Source of the DNA: Cirrosporium novae-zelandiae
Lineage: Eukaryota
Direction of reading: 5' to 3'
DNA length: 64,000 nucleotides
Assembly: GCA_026023565.1 (NCBI GenBank)
Contig: JAPETS010000020.1
Location: forward strand, 496,001-560,000
Shown in pieces: positions 39,114 through 52,322 of the stretch; within the stretch, counting starts at the first letter, position 1, and each line of letters begins with the position of its first letter. The notes beneath the pieces were generated by a model. That model worked only from the letters and a program-made list of their open reading frames with translations, did not search any database and was not told where the DNA came from. The position numbers were made by a program, and so were the translations under genes.

Positions 39114-39591
39114 ATTGTACAGTAGAACTTTCGTTTTAACACACGTTTGAAGGTCTTTCGAAAAGTAACGGGCCGTAAGGACGAAGTGATGTTACACGCG
39201 ATAGTGAGTAGTCGATAGTTGGACGAAGGTTGTAGATTAGGACCACCGGAATAGCAGCATCACAATATGCATGGTTAATTACGCTGAGCTTATACCACCA
39301 TCAAAAGAGTGGAAATAGAAGTCAATATGTCAATTTGATGACATTGGAGGACGCGCCTGCTAAAGTATGATGATGTCGGAACCTTTAGCGACAATTAGCG
39401 GTTTGGTCGCGACATTCCACGCTATTCCTTTTTTGGTCGATAGTGACGGTATTTTGGGTTGAATTCTCCGTCCTCCACTTACAAACCGTACTTGGTATTG
39501 TATCTCTACGGGACCAATTCCCCGACGGAAGTGCTAGGCATTCCAATTCAACGACTCTCCGCTCCAAATTTCTGATTCATATACCTCAACG

Positions 39592-40451
39592 ATGAAAACC
39601 AGAAAGATTGCTCGGGGCATATCTTCTCAATTCCTCGGGCAGATGCATTTTCGGACTTCAAAACCAATATGCCGTAAGTGCTTGGGATGTATTCGCCTGG
39701 TTTTGTGATATATATCATAGCTACACACATATATTGATACGTTATTGAATAAACAGATGGTTCTTTCCCCAGCCCTCTCGCCTCCGCTCGCGCCTTTTCG
39801 ACAACCTCTCCCAAACTCGACTGGCTCACTCCCAAAAAGCTGGAGGCCAAAAAATCTCCAAAAGGTCGTCCTCGTGTCCCAACCGGAGGATCCGTCCGAG
39901 GCACCACTGTTGTCTGGGGTGATTATGGGTTACGAATGCGAGACCATGATCGGAGGGTATCTGCCGCACATCTGAAGATCGGAGAAGAAACCATCAGACA
40001 ACGACTTAGAGGTCTAAAATATAGGTTGTACACGAGGGTATGCGCCAACATTGGTGTGTATACAAGCGGCAACGAGATGAGAATGGGAAAAGGAAAGGGT
40101 AGCTTTGATTACTGGGCAAGTAGGGTGGCTGTTAGCAAAATCATATTTGAGCTGAAGGGAGAGTTCCATGAGAAAGTTGCCAGAGAAGCATTCAGACTAG
40201 CTGGGAATAAGCTACCTGGTGAGTTTTCTCTAACTATAGCCTCTATCGCTATTTTGGGTACAAACACCATTCTAATTCTTCAACTCGTTTTAGGGCTTTA
40301 TGAATTTGTCAAGAAAGGTGATCCACCAGTCCAAGGCCTCACCAAACTTCCACCTGGAACAACATTACAGGACATGAAGCGATCACAGAAAAAGATGCCC
40401 CCAAGATTATCAGCTCCGGCACCCCAGCTACCAGCGACAACGCCCCCATAA
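39592..40451 (+). CDS. MRPL16: Mitochondrial ribosomal protein uL16m
   Basis: KGRPRVPTGGSVRGTTVVWGDYGLRM, RMGKGKGSFDYWA, EAFRLAGNKLPG; introns 39674-39756 and about 40219-40292. Confidence 0.94.
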
Positions 40452-40781
40452 TCACTATATATATCCTTTCCGTAGCTGTAAGAATTCAAACTCCTTGAAC
40501 AAGATCTCCACTTCATAGCTGTCTGCTCTACCAGTAGCCAGATGGTCAGGGACTCTTCAACCATGGTGTAGTCATGATGAAATTAGTAGTCGTCGTAGAA
40601 ATTTTAAAGTAGAAGCATAATGTGGCCTAAAATATTGAACGCAAAGCCATATACTGCAAGCATGGGCTCATGGTGTGCATGCGAATGCGAACGGCTCCCT
40701 AAGATGTTAAGAAACCGTTTATCCTATATGAAATCCTTCATTTACAAGCCCCCCAAAAATAATATAATTTTTTTTACGAAT

Positions 40782-41083
40782 AGATGTAAGCAGTCATGGT
40801 TTTGCCCAACATTCATAGACCGACGGCCATCAGAAACGCTTTGGAATATGACGCTCTGCCCCCAACCCCACCTCAACCGAACTCACCCACCCCCAAGGAG
40901 GCAAGGAGCTCAAAGTTTCGGATTCCGGGAAAGGAAGCATTTGCTCTGAGATCTGTTCGACCGACGGAAAATTGACATCACGGGAGTGCGAAGATGGCTC
41001 CTTGAAGGTGGTCGATAAGAGTCCACGGCGTACAACCGACTGAGCGGTGCCCAGTGGGACGAGGGGACACAGATCTTATGGTT
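40782..41083 (-). ncRNA. snR30: Probable snR30/U17 box H/ACA snoRNA (about 300 nt)
   Basis: Minus strand: TATAAA about 55 nt upstream; start AACCATA; 5' hairpin (AGATCTGT/ACAGATCT, TCGACC/GGTCGA); H box AGAGCA (40942-40947); 3' hairpin holding m1-like ATATTCCAA (40841-40849) and m2 AAACCAT (40796-40802) opposite each other; ACA box 3 nt from the end (ACATCT). Confidence 0.82.
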
Positions 41084-41572
41084 TGGTGAGGAAAAGAAAG
41101 AAAAAGAAGAGAAAGGTAATGGGGGAGGGGAGAGCTTTATATGGGTGGCTGTGGGAGCTAAGATTTTTTTACACACTAGATTGGATTTGGTTAGTGTGTG
41201 TATCATTTACAAGAAGCTTTGGCCGTTTACGCGAAAATTGATTGATTATCGCGTTCCTCCTCACATTTACCAGAACACGATTAGAGCATATATTTATTCA
41301 TTCTACCGATGACCTTTGTAATAGAACTCAAGCTTTACACCTATCAAATTTACTTACATTAATGTAGCATAAATAACATTCCAAAATTGCTAGCGTATAG
41401 TTTTTACCATATCCAAGCAAAGCAAATTACATAGACTCGCCAAACACCAGCACGAACCCCCCCCCCCATATTATCCCAACAAGAAAAAACCCCCCCCCCG
41501 CGTCCCAAAATTCCGACAAATGATGATCTCCCACCAACCCCACACTCCCTCATAATCCACAACACATAAAAA

Positions 41573-42343
41573 ATGTCTTCATCACCAGCAGATTCCTCCA
41601 AAACGGGCATCGCCATCGCGGCCCTCATTGTCGGTGGCCTCGGCGGCTATTTCCTCGGTCAAACATCTAGCCTTGACGTGTTTTCGGGAAAGGGAGGGAA
41701 AAGCTGGCCGAATGATTTTGATGTCAAGGTGCATGCGGATTCTTCTGACGAAGATGAAAGTGGGGATGAGGATGATGAGGATGAAGAAGAGGAGCAGGGA
41801 GAATTGAATGAGTTCAAGGGGAATAATGAGGAGTGTAAGCTTGTGCTTGTAGTTAGGACGGATTTGGGGATGAGTAAAGGTAGGCTTTGGTTGTTTTGGA
41901 TTTTTGTGACTTTTTTCTTTCTTTCTTTCTTTCTTTCCATCTCTTTTTCTTTTTCTTGTCCTTCTCTGCTCTTACCATCTCTCCAATTTCATTACACGCA
42001 CACACACATATATATATACAACCTTACATATACCACAGGAAAAATCGCCGCCCAATGCTCCCACGCCACCCTCGCCGTCTACAAATACTTCCTCGCCCAC
42101 GCCCCCTCTTCCCCAATCCTCAAACGCTGGGAGCGCGCCGGCCAAGCAAAAGTCGCTTTACAAGTCAAGGGAGAGGACGAGCTACTGGTACTACAAGCTC
42201 AAGCAATCAGCTTGGGATTGTGTGCGCAGGTTATACAGGACGCGGGGAGGACGCAGATTGCTAGTGGGAGTAGGACTGTGTTGGGGATTTTGGGACCTAG
42301 GGGGGTGGTTGATGGGGTTACGGGGGGGTTGAAGTTGTTGTGA
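41573..42343 (+). CDS. PTH2: Peptidyl-tRNA hydrolase 2
   Basis: N-terminal TM anchor; KLVLVVRTDLGMSKG|KIAAQCSHA, GQAKVAL, IQDAGRTQIASGSRTVLG; intron 41880-42038. Confidence 0.95.
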   Translation: MSSSPADSSKTGIAIAALIVGGLGGYFLGQTSSLDVFSGKGGKSWPNDFDVKVHADSSDEDESGDEDDEDEEEEQGELNEFKGNNEECKLVLVVRTDLGMSKGRLWLFWIFVTFFFLSFFLSISFSFSCPSLLLPSLQFHYTHTHIYIYNLTYTTGKIAAQCSHATLAVYKYFLAHAPSSPILKRWERAGQAKVALQVKGEDELLVLQAQAISLGLCAQVIQDAGRTQIASGSRTVLGILGPRGVVDGVTGGLKLL

Positions 42344-43132
42344 GGGGGGGGGGGGGCCCTTGTATTGGCTTTAGAGGGTGTTGGTGCTGGTGCTGGCGTT
42401 GGCATTAAAAGACTTCCGAGGGACGGGTTATACTATACAAAATTAATGAAACCAACAAGGGTTAGAGCAAAAAAGGTAGGTTAGGTTAGGTGATGAAATG
42501 ATTCTCTAATGGCTTTAATGATTCAGGTACATATACATGTATATGTACAAATACCCCCTTACCTTACCCATCCCATATATGATCTACCTACCTATCTATC
42601 TATCTATTTATCTATCTACACGTCAAATTAATACAATCACAACGAAACCCTCGCCCTTTTCCTCTTCCCCTCCCCCTTCCTCAACAAACAACCAATTCAA
42701 CATTACTAACTAACTCACCTCCATTCCAAATCTCTTAGTAACAACCACAAGGACACTCCTCCCTCCCTCCCTCCACGAATCTCAACTAAATCCCCCCTCC
42801 AACTTATGACCGTGCCATCCATCCATCCATCCATCCATCTCTTAAGCATTCTATTCCCCCAAAAAAGCTTTCTAGTTTCTAATCAAGCAAAAAAAAAATG
42901 GAAATGGGTTAGTAGCATAACTAGGCTATAGATCATTTTGGATCATCAAATATATCATTATCGTTATGGCATTATTGATAGCCATTCTCCCTCCCCCTTT
43001 TTTCTTTTCCTTTTTTTCGCAAGTGTCCCTCCGATATTCTAAATGCTGAATAAATTACCATAATTGCATAACTCGAGAACAAATATCCAATCCCCAAAAC
43101 CCAAATAAAATCCCCAACCAACCCACCCCTCT

Positions 43133-45343
43133 CTACCCCGGCACCAACCCCCCCACACTCCTCCAAAAATCGCATCGAATACCTCTCCCCCCCTCCCACG
43201 TATACGCATTCACCAACGTAAAATCATTCTTCAACCCCGGTTCCTCATACTCAGTCGCATTCGGCGCCCCGCCACCCACCACGGCCGTCGAGAACTCCCG
43301 GCCTCCCGTCTCGTTCAGGTTCAGTTGGTAGGGGGCGTAGATGGAATATTGGGGCCAGGTGCTGGCGGGGTTTGGGGTGCTGCTGTTGCTGTTGTTGCCG
43401 TTTGCGATGGCGGAGGGGATGGAGGGGTTAGAGGTGATTATGAAGTTGCCCCATATAGCTATTGTTTGTGGGGGAGATGTAAGTAAATGCGTGCAAATGG
43501 TGTTTTTTGGGGGGAGGGGGAGGGGGGCGGGATGGGTTGTAAAAAAGAGAAAATAGGGTGAGTATCTATATAAATGTACGTACTCATAAACGCCTTCTCA
43601 AAATCAGGACCCTGGGCCGGCGACGCGGGCCCAAAATACCCCGTCAAATCTGCCCCGTGCTGTGCAGCAGGCACCGAGTATTGATATTTGTATGCGGCAC
43701 GACCGTCACCGGCGAATGCTTCCGCGAGCCAGTAGCTGGGACAGACAAAAGTGGTTTCGGCGTAAACGTTCCGTTTGATTTGTGAGATGAGAATGTTTTT
43801 TTTTGGCTTGGGATGAAAAGAAAGGCTAGGGTTCGATTGGGAAAGTATAAGGGGTAGGACAGGATAGGGCTTACATCCGCTCGCTGCTGCTGGCCTGTGC
43901 CAAAGGAGCTTTCGTTCAAAGCTGTAGCTCCCGTGTACCCCAGTGTGGCATAATCGGGGAGGCTGGCATCTACGGATGCATTTGTGCTGGGATAATAGTA
44001 CAGGATCTTTGCAATGTCGTTGTTTGTGAAGAGGGGGAAGGTGAGTCTCAACCACGCGACGAAGTCGTCTTCGGTGGTGATGTTTTGGACCGTAGACGAT
44101 GGCCCTTCGTTCGCATTGTTCTAGAAAGAGAGAATGCCTATTAGCAGCAGAAGCAATCGGTACCAGTCTATGAGTTTTGGAGGAGAGTGTGACGTACCCC
44201 TGCCAACATCCTCACCCCATTAACTTGCTTCTTTAAAAGCTGCTGGCTGGGCAATTGCTGTATATACACGCCATCGGTCACAGGCACGAATCCCCACGTC
44301 CCATACTTCCCGCTCGCCGAAACAAACGCGCTTGCATTTTGCAGCGTGTCCGTATCCTTCTCCACCAAGCACTTGAAGACCGTCTGAGCAGTGTTCCCAT
44401 ATGCTCTAGAAATGTCGCATCCAGCCGCATACGCAAAGGCATAGTACGACTGCGAGGGCATCCAATCCGCATATCCATATTGCATGCGCAGGGTGGGTGA
44501 CGCAGCAATGATATTCGAGAACAGGGAGTCGCCCAGCATACCTCCAAAGGCCATGGCCTGGAGCATGACGGAGCCCGCTCCGGCAGACTCGCCAGCAATG
44601 GTAACCTGGGAGGAGTTTCCCCCGAAGAGATGAATGTACTTCTGCACCCACCGCAACGCAAAGGTTTGGTCCAGCAGTCCCGCGTTAACAACCCCATTCC
44701 GAAATACCTCATCCGAAGCCAGGAACCCAAACGCTCCCAGCCGATACTGGATCGCTACACCCACAAATCCCTTCCCGTTTGTGTTGATAAGCTTACTCAG
44801 ATCTTGACTTCCATCTCCCCTGCCATATCCACCCCCATGTATCCATACCATCACCGGCAGTAATGTGCCCTCCCCTTCTCCTTCTCCTTCTTCCGACTCT
44901 AGGGATCCAGATGGCGCATACACATTCAAAAACAAGCAATCCTCACTCCCCATATAACTTATCTCAGGATCATACGGCCCATCACCACTCTGGGGACACC
45001 GTTCCGGAAGTGCAGTCGCCTCGATGACAGAGTCTCTACTGGCAAAAGGCACCTGGGGAGCTTGCCATCGCAGAGCCCCTGTAGGCGGTGCAGCATATCG
45101 GATTCCTTTCCAGGTGTGCAGACCAGTGCTGATATTTGCAACGCCGTGGTAGATGGAGTAGCCAAGGTCAACTGTTAGATCATCTTGAGGTTGGCGTTTG
45201 CTGTTCAGGGAATCGAATGGATTTTTACTGCTGCTACCAATGCCAACAGCTCCAGCGATGGCGCAAAGGAAATTAGCTATAATAATCAGATTAATCGATC
45301 CAACCAACGAGAGTTTAAACATCCTGACAATAATAAATTTCAT
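43133..45343 (-). CDS. Secreted type-B carboxylesterase/lipase
   Basis: Signal-peptide-like N-terminus, GIRYAAPPTGALRW, SEDCLFLNV, VWIHGGGY, catalytic GESAG, HGADL, C-terminal WEGGRGIRCDFWRS; three introns. Start may be 45322. Confidence 0.93.
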
Positions 45344-46216
45344 CCTCAGTCAATCAATCCATCAAATTTTGTTTAACAAAAAAGAACAATGAAAAAAAAA
45401 AGAAAGTTATATATTTGCCCCACTCCTCAATTTTCTTTTAAGTACGCAAAGGCCGAGAAAGCCCTTATTTGGTAGACATGGTAGGTATGTAGGTACCCGA
45501 TGAAATACATGGAGTAACCCTCCAACCAAAAAGTAACAAGAGAAAAAGTAAATACCGATCTAATGCGAGGTGACCTCTCAATGCATCATGCACGTCCATG
45601 CTCGGTATTGTTTACGTATATGCAAGGGCAAGGCAATAAATGCAAGGATCAACCAAAAACTAAAATATACATACAGTAACATCCAGATAATCAAAATAAC
45701 TTACTTTTCGACTTTTATAATATCACAAACCTCTCAAGGAACCTTTAACCCCATCTGTGCCTTTTCTCTTCCCGCACACGCCACCGTCAACGAATGTATC
45801 GGTCTTTGTTTCCTCTGAAAATATCTATCGATGTGTTCCTCATCAAGTGCCATAGAACATGGAAGAAACAAGCTCATTCAATGACCAAGAACCCTCAAAT
45901 CCATGCATGCATCTTTCGATATCCACGGGCCGAATGAACATCAAACGAGAATCACTGAAACGGTGTTATCAAAGTAATATTTTTAATATTCATCAATCCG
46001 CACTAATATATTTCATACTGCAAAATCGAAAACAAATTGGACCTTAATGTTCGCCACCACGCACAAACAACCCTGACGCCCAATAAAATTATGTGACTTA
46101 TATGTCCCCTGAATACCGTGTAAATATTTTCTGAATTCGAATGGCGAGCATGCAAACACCTGGCGCCTCGCTGTGTAGACCATGCGATCCCTCCCGATTT
46201 TTTTGTATGCTTCAAG

Positions 46217-48840
46217 TCATAGATCCTTCTTGCCTTCCTCGCTGTACGGAGTGGTGGCTCCGGAGCTAGCCATATCCCAACTTCCTTCTTCACTCCTTCT
46301 CCTTGACCTCTCTTTGCTTCTTTCCTGCATAGCTCCTCTAATTTTCTTGGCTACCTCATCAAAGCCTTCCTTACTATCAAGAGTACTAAAAGCTTTAATA
46401 GGGAAACTACCAGATTTAGCGAATCCACCACTGGAACTGCTTCTGCTCCTACTGCGACTAGGCGGACGAGTTGCGAAGAGACCAATGTTTCCAAGGTTTC
46501 TAAATGATTCATTGCGGGGAAGGTTTCCGATGATTGAGGAACCACCAATGCTTGCACCGGCCGTGTTGCTCCGAGCGATCGGAGACAGATCAGATAGCTC
46601 ACTAATACTGCGATGCCTGAGGGGAGGTGTAAGCGGTTCGTAGTGGCCGGGCTCACGGAAAGGATCCGCGACAATACGTGCTGCGTCAAAGTCTGGAAAT
46701 AGCTCAGGGCCCAGTGTATTGATTACGTCCGTCACTTCAGCTGATAGCGCTGCCCGTTCTTCTCGGAGCTTGACCAGAGAATTTGCCGAAGCCAGATTCA
46801 GGGATAACACAAGTGGACGCAAAGATTTTAGGATATCCATCCCAGTTTCACCAATACGAAGTGCCGCGAATGTAATTGCAACATTCAGGCTGAATCCGGC
46901 AATAGCAATGACCCATAGAGGCACCCACCCTGGGACATAACCTTGGACGCGATTTTTCCAGGCCCAGTATGTGAGTGCAGTGGTATAGAACCCATATAGC
47001 AAAGGCGCAAAAGCTAATGCTACCAGCAGTTTCCATGTGGCCATGACATCTCTTCCCTGCAGCTTAACAGTAGAAGCTGCAAGAGCTTCTCGAGACTTTT
47101 TAATGGAAATGGCTTTCGAAGCAATAAACACCGGAGCAAACAATATTAATCCTGGTAAAGTACCAATAGCCATGACCGATATCTTTCCCACTCGATATAT
47201 CAACGTTGATACAACTTTGATGACGGAGAACTTGGCATACTCCACTTGATGGTCACGAACACCTAATAAATGAAGCTTTTCGTTGTATTTGTTCACGGAT
47301 TGCTTCAACTTGACAATCCGAGGGTCATCTTTGTAGTGAGTATAGCCTTTGACCAATCGTCGATTGAGTTCAACAATCACTGGTAGAGGGAGCTTCTTGT
47401 GGGTTGGGTTGTACAGCCGTCGAGCAGCCTGAATTAGCTTTGAGGTCGTTAGTAAAATATTTTCTTGTTCTATTCCAATAAAGTACTAACCATAAGTGTA
47501 TCATAATCTGGGCTTGTGACGGTTACAGCAACAAGTGCCTGATAGACCATTTCTAAGACCTGACCAACTGCATCTCGACGTTCGCCGCTCTTGTAAAGGT
47601 CAACAATTTCCCGAGGAATTTCCATCGGAGTTCCGAACTCAATCACGGCCCGTGATCTAAATTTGTGAGCATGGAAGTAGTTCATTCCACAAGGAACGAT
47701 CGTCAGGCCACTGTCTGGCTCAGCGGCCAAAGCTCCAAGAGCCATAATTGCAACACCAGCTTCACATATGTTAGTATATCTAAATATTTAGGGAAATCGG
47801 ACGGGATGTACCTTTCAAAGGAAGAAGTTCTGTTCGGTCATGGCTACCACCTTCAGGGAAAATACCTACACATCCTCCAGAATTGAGACGATGGAAAACG
47901 GCATCGTAAACCTTTGTTTGATCGACGTGCGGCGCAACTTTGAATTTTGTACCTTGAAAATCCCCTGAGACATCTCCTGGTCCAGTGGCATCACCATTTG
48001 TAACGTTTCCATCAATAGGACCCTTCCTTCCTGTTAGTAGCATATTAGCACATTTAGACTTAAATTCCTTTCTCAATCGTAGTTCCTCAGGTCCCAAAAT
48101 CTCGCCAATTTGAGCGGATGAAGTTTCACCCTCAAATTTTGGAAGAACTATGGTACCCCCAACCTGGAAGTCAGGGGTTTCAAAATTTGTACCGACTCCT
48201 CGAATCAGTAGCGGGTCGTTGACTGGATCGGGCATGTATATCTTTCCTGGCACAGAGTGAACGCTATCCATTGCCCTCGAAACCGGAACAGCTCCGGCGC
48301 ATCGTGACGAGAACCCGATGAATCTCCGTTTCATGGACTTTTCGGCTGTAAGGAATGAGACACGTCTATGTGCTTCCAGATGGATCGTTCGCATAAGAAT
48401 GAGCGGATCAACAAACTAATAAATCATATTAATCATACTTGTCCATAGAAATCAGTCAAGGGAATTGTGCCTACCTGGTTAGCGTGTGGCGCGGCAACGA
48501 ATATGACTGGTCCTCTCCGTGGTATCTTCCATGATCCTCGTGGGTGCACTTCCCTAAAGAACAGGTCGACCAGTATAGAAAATATCCATAGCATGAAGTC
48601 GTAGACCCATGGAATAAGTGGGGCAAGTTCTTTCTGCTTCGCCATCTTGTTCTGTAATGTATTTGCTTCGGCTCGTCTCTGTGCCCTCTGTACCTCAGAG
48701 TGAATATCCTCGATCCACCGTTTGAAACCGTGCCCAAGGCTATATCGTCGACGTCTAGTGGAATCCCCGTTTTCCCGGGCTCGTGGTGGGAGATGAATTG
48801 CAGGATGCGACTCGGTTCTGGAGATGCGTTTAGAATCCAT
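46217..48840 (-). CDS. SCT1: Glycerol-3-phosphate/DHAP sn-1 acyltransferase (Sct1/Gpt2 family)
   Basis: APHANQ|FVDP (HxxxxD), IFPEGGSHDR, GMNYFHAHKFRSRAVIEFG, GRDVMATWK; three introns. Alternative in-frame ATG at 48645. Confidence 0.93.
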
Positions 48841-49605
48841 TTGGTTTATCGCGATAAGGGTGGTTGAGCCCCTCGGTGCTCTATTATGACAGGGATGGAA
48901 GGATACATACCTATTTATTTTCTAATTCCAATCAATATTTGCGCTGGATTGTTCCTTCCAAGTCCATTCACTGAACATGCCAAAATAGGCCGACGCGCTT
49001 GATATCAAGCCGGTCAACATATATACATATATACGTATATAGGTGGCGCGAAGAGTCTGTACAGGTCCAGGAATGTGTTTGGGCGAATCAAGAGCCAGCT
49101 AGATTGCTGAAGAAGAAAGTTGTCTGAGATTAGGAATTCATGATGAGATGCAAAAAATTGGATTTTGTGCGTGCGTGATCTCTCTGGATATAGGAGTTAG
49201 AGAATGCGGGGGTTTCCGCCATGCACCTCGAAGCTTCCAAATGCTTGTTGAATAACCATCCCTCCTCTCCCTTGCATCCACCGACGTCAGGTCCCCTGTC
49301 CTGTGAGCCCAACAATATTTTCAACAACTATTATTGATGAACAACTATCTACTACTTTTCTTACTAAAGCTGATCCTTCATCATCTCGCCTTGTCGTTTG
49401 CTGTATCTGGCTACGTGGCAAGATCAAGTACCGAACTAAATATCTAGGCATCTTATTCTTATCTTAAACCCCATATCATGTATCCTGATTAGATAGATCA
49501 TTAACAAATACATTATAACGGTACATCATCAATCCACCATTTAAAGAGCTCCCAAGATCAGTGACCAAACTCATGACGAGTCTCTAATCTACCCCTCTAA
49601 TATTC

Positions 49606-51144
49606 TTATTCTGACCTTGAGGTCAAAGCCAAAGTATCCTCAGCTGCCTTGAGCCTTTCAAGTAGATGTTCATTCTTCCGTTGCCATTCATCCGCCCATT
49701 CTTCATCTCTCTCAGCCACTGCCCTCTCCACTTGCTTCTGGCTATCCAGCTCTATCCGGCCCATCCGCTCCATCAGATGTCGATCCCGGTCTTTCCATCG
49801 CATTTCCCATAAATCCTCAACCCGATTCTTGGCTTTATCAATAACATCTTGGTTGACGGTTTCAAGAGCATTCGCTTTTGCACGAAGTTCATTAATCCTT
49901 TTATCTCTCCGCCTAATTTCTTTTAGGTAATCAATCTCTTGTTTATTCATATTCTCAAGAGCATCCACTCTTTTACGGAGCTCGTCAATTTCCACATCCC
50001 TCCATTTCAACTCCTTCCGGTATACCTGATCCTTCTCATTGAGCATCTGTCGTAGTTTGCTATTGTCTTCATCTCGCGAATGCATTTCTTCGCGATACAT
50101 GCGGTCTATCTTCCGCATCATACGGGTATAATGAATATGTACGTCATCTTCATGTTCCATTGCCGGAGGGACATGGTTTGCATCATGATCTTCGTCAACA
50201 TAAGCGAAGCTCCGGTTTCTTGTAGGTGTCAGGTCGCCATCCCCGTGTTCTGAAGGATCTGTGTCCAGATCGTCATCACCTTCCGACTCGTCACGAGACG
50301 AGTTATTATCAGGAGAGCTCCAAACAGGAGCCCCTTCTGTATGAATGGGAAATGGAACCGTTGCAGACAAATCTTGTTTGTAGGAGTTATCGAGAGCGTC
50401 ATCAAATTTGACCGGTCGATGAAGATCTAAAGCGTCTAAAGGTCTCCTTGTAGTCATTTCAATATGTTCTTGGTTCCGTGGGCGAGGGATATCTAAACTA
50501 GTTGATCTTTTTTGTAATCGCCATGCAGGAATATACTGCATACTCCCATAGGCGTCGGCATTTTGAGCATCATGTGGGCATGAGAGGCCTTTAGGCATGA
50601 GGGAAGAAAGTCTCCGGGCGAATGATGGAGGTAATGGAGGTAGCCCTTTTGTGAGGGATCGGGCTAGCGCTGAAATGCTTCCTTGCTGTTCAGGGAGCCT
50701 TGGTAGGGGTCGTTGATTTAATGAATGCGAAGAAGCTCGCAAGGTTTCGGTGGAATGGGTAGAGCGGAGAAAGGAAGATATCGGACATGACACTGTACTT
50801 CTGGCGATTGATTGAGAATCCGAATTTTCATCATATGATCCCGGAGAGAAATCCACACTCGTCCATTCATCTTCATCGCTAGAGTAGGGAGGGGGAGCAA
50901 TCGATAATCGATCAATATTAATGAATGACCCTTCTCGTCCTATCGTGAATCTATCATTTCCTAGGGATAAATCGATTCTCCTCCCTTCCTCTTCTTCCCG
51001 AATGGTGTTAATTGTAACCTTTGTTCCGGTAGATACCATGCTTGAGGCTCTGCTATGTCTCGAATAAAGGGACATGACCTCATCCAGCCTTGATGGAGGT
51101 GGTGCAGGTAAAGGATATGATATAGATGCGTTCAAAGGATCCAT
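49606..51144 (-). CDS. Hypothetical protein with disordered N-terminus and long C-terminal coiled coil
   Basis: Uninterrupted ORF of about 510 codons from the first ATG; charged heptad-rich C-terminus (VEDLWEMRWKDRDRHLMERM). No family recognised. Confidence 0.75.
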   Translation of the reverse strand: MDPLNASISYPLPAPPPSRLDEVMSLYSRHSRASSMVSTGTKVTINTIREEEEGRRIDLSLGNDRFTIGREGSFINIDRLSIAPPPYSSDEDEWTSVDFSPGSYDENSDSQSIARSTVSCPISSFLRSTHSTETLRASSHSLNQRPLPRLPEQQGSISALARSLTKGLPPLPPSFARRLSSLMPKGLSCPHDAQNADAYGSMQYIPAWRLQKRSTSLDIPRPRNQEHIEMTTRRPLDALDLHRPVKFDDALDNSYKQDLSATVPFPIHTEGAPVWSSPDNNSSRDESEGDDDLDTDPSEHGDGDLTPTRNRSFAYVDEDHDANHVPPAMEHEDDVHIHYTRMMRKIDRMYREEMHSRDEDNSKLRQMLNEKDQVYRKELKWRDVEIDELRKRVDALENMNKQEIDYLKEIRRRDKRINELRAKANALETVNQDVIDKAKNRVEDLWEMRWKDRDRHLMERMGRIELDSQKQVERAVAERDEEWADEWQRKNEHLLERLKAAEDTLALTSRSE

Positions 51145-51985
51145 GGCTTCTATTAGGTCGTAGTTCAATGGCGCTCGTAAGTTGTTTAGCTGACAAGTAC
51201 GAAGACGATAGGTGGTTGGTGTATGTAGAGAGCAGATTATACATTAAGTTGAGCTTCTATTGCTCAATGATCTTTATAAATCGGACAAGGTCAGAACTCC
51301 AACTGCAATAGCATATGAATTGAGGAAAGGACCGTTCATGTAGTGAGCGGGATAGGAATAGGAAACGCCCTGAGGAAAAATAAGACGAAGGATGTAGTAC
51401 ATGGACCCAGGCAGCATCAATAGAAGAAGCCAACGATATAACGATTTTACCTTTTGCAATAATGAGAGAGCAAGGCACCCAAATTTGAGATGTTGTAGTG
51501 AAAATGTACACGTTGCCAGATTAAGTTCACAATTGAATTGACGGCTGTGCCTAGGCAGCAATTGAAGCTGAAGGCTGACTCTAAACCAAGATCTGCATGA
51601 TGTGTGGGATGGTAAGCCAAGTGCTGCTCCTTTCTATAGGCAGTTGTTTAGCCAGATATGCTGCCAGATTGAACGCGCTGACAATACCTACAAGAAGATT
51701 CTTATCAAAATGTCCGTTCGACCCCTTCCCCAGATTTGTGCGGATCATAGAGATGTGGTTGGGTTGGCAAAGGGAACATGATGATCCGAACCGACGACCT
51801 AACGACCCAACAAGTCAAGCCATCAACGTCCGTGAACAAACAAGCAAACAAGCAAACAAGCAAACAAGACAAACTTTAATATTTTCATATCAAAGCCCCA
51901 CCACCGCCATACCCCTCCCCCAATTTCTCAAACAATATCTTAACACTTCAAGGTACATCATACAAGCGCATTTCATTTTACAAAA

Positions 51986-52322
51986 ATGGCAGAAGACCCT
52001 GAGAATATCTATGATGAAATAGAGATCGAAGACATGACCTTCGATCCGACTCTCCAAATCTATCACTACCCATGTCCATGTGGCGACCGCTTTGAAATTT
52101 TCATCGATGACATGCGCGACGGTGAAGATATTGCCGTGTGTCCTGGCTGCAGCTTGATGATCAGAGTCATATTTGATGTGGTATGTATTTGCAGCTCTAC
52201 TCCTTTTTCCTCCCTATGATGATAAAGGTCATCAGCTTATGAGTATATTGTATCAGGATGACCTTCCCAAAAAAGATGAACCGGATATGAGCAGTGTCCC
52301 ACAGATCTCCGTCGCAGCTTAA
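51986..52322 (+). CDS. KTI11: Diphthamide biosynthesis protein 3 (CSL zinc finger)
   Basis: [10 protein letters not shown]...YPCPCGDRF...[12 protein letters not shown]; intron 52181-52256. Confidence 0.96.

Noticed and set aside
39114..39591. MCB cell-cycle boxes in the RFC1/MRPL16 divergent promoter
   Set aside because: Only partial ACGCG cores are present, with no full ACGCGT; insufficient support.
40915..40940. SRP helix-8-like string TCCGGGAAAGGAAGCA on the + strand
   Set aside because: No GNRA-capped stem or Alu-domain start; the region is better explained by the minus-strand snR30-like RNA.
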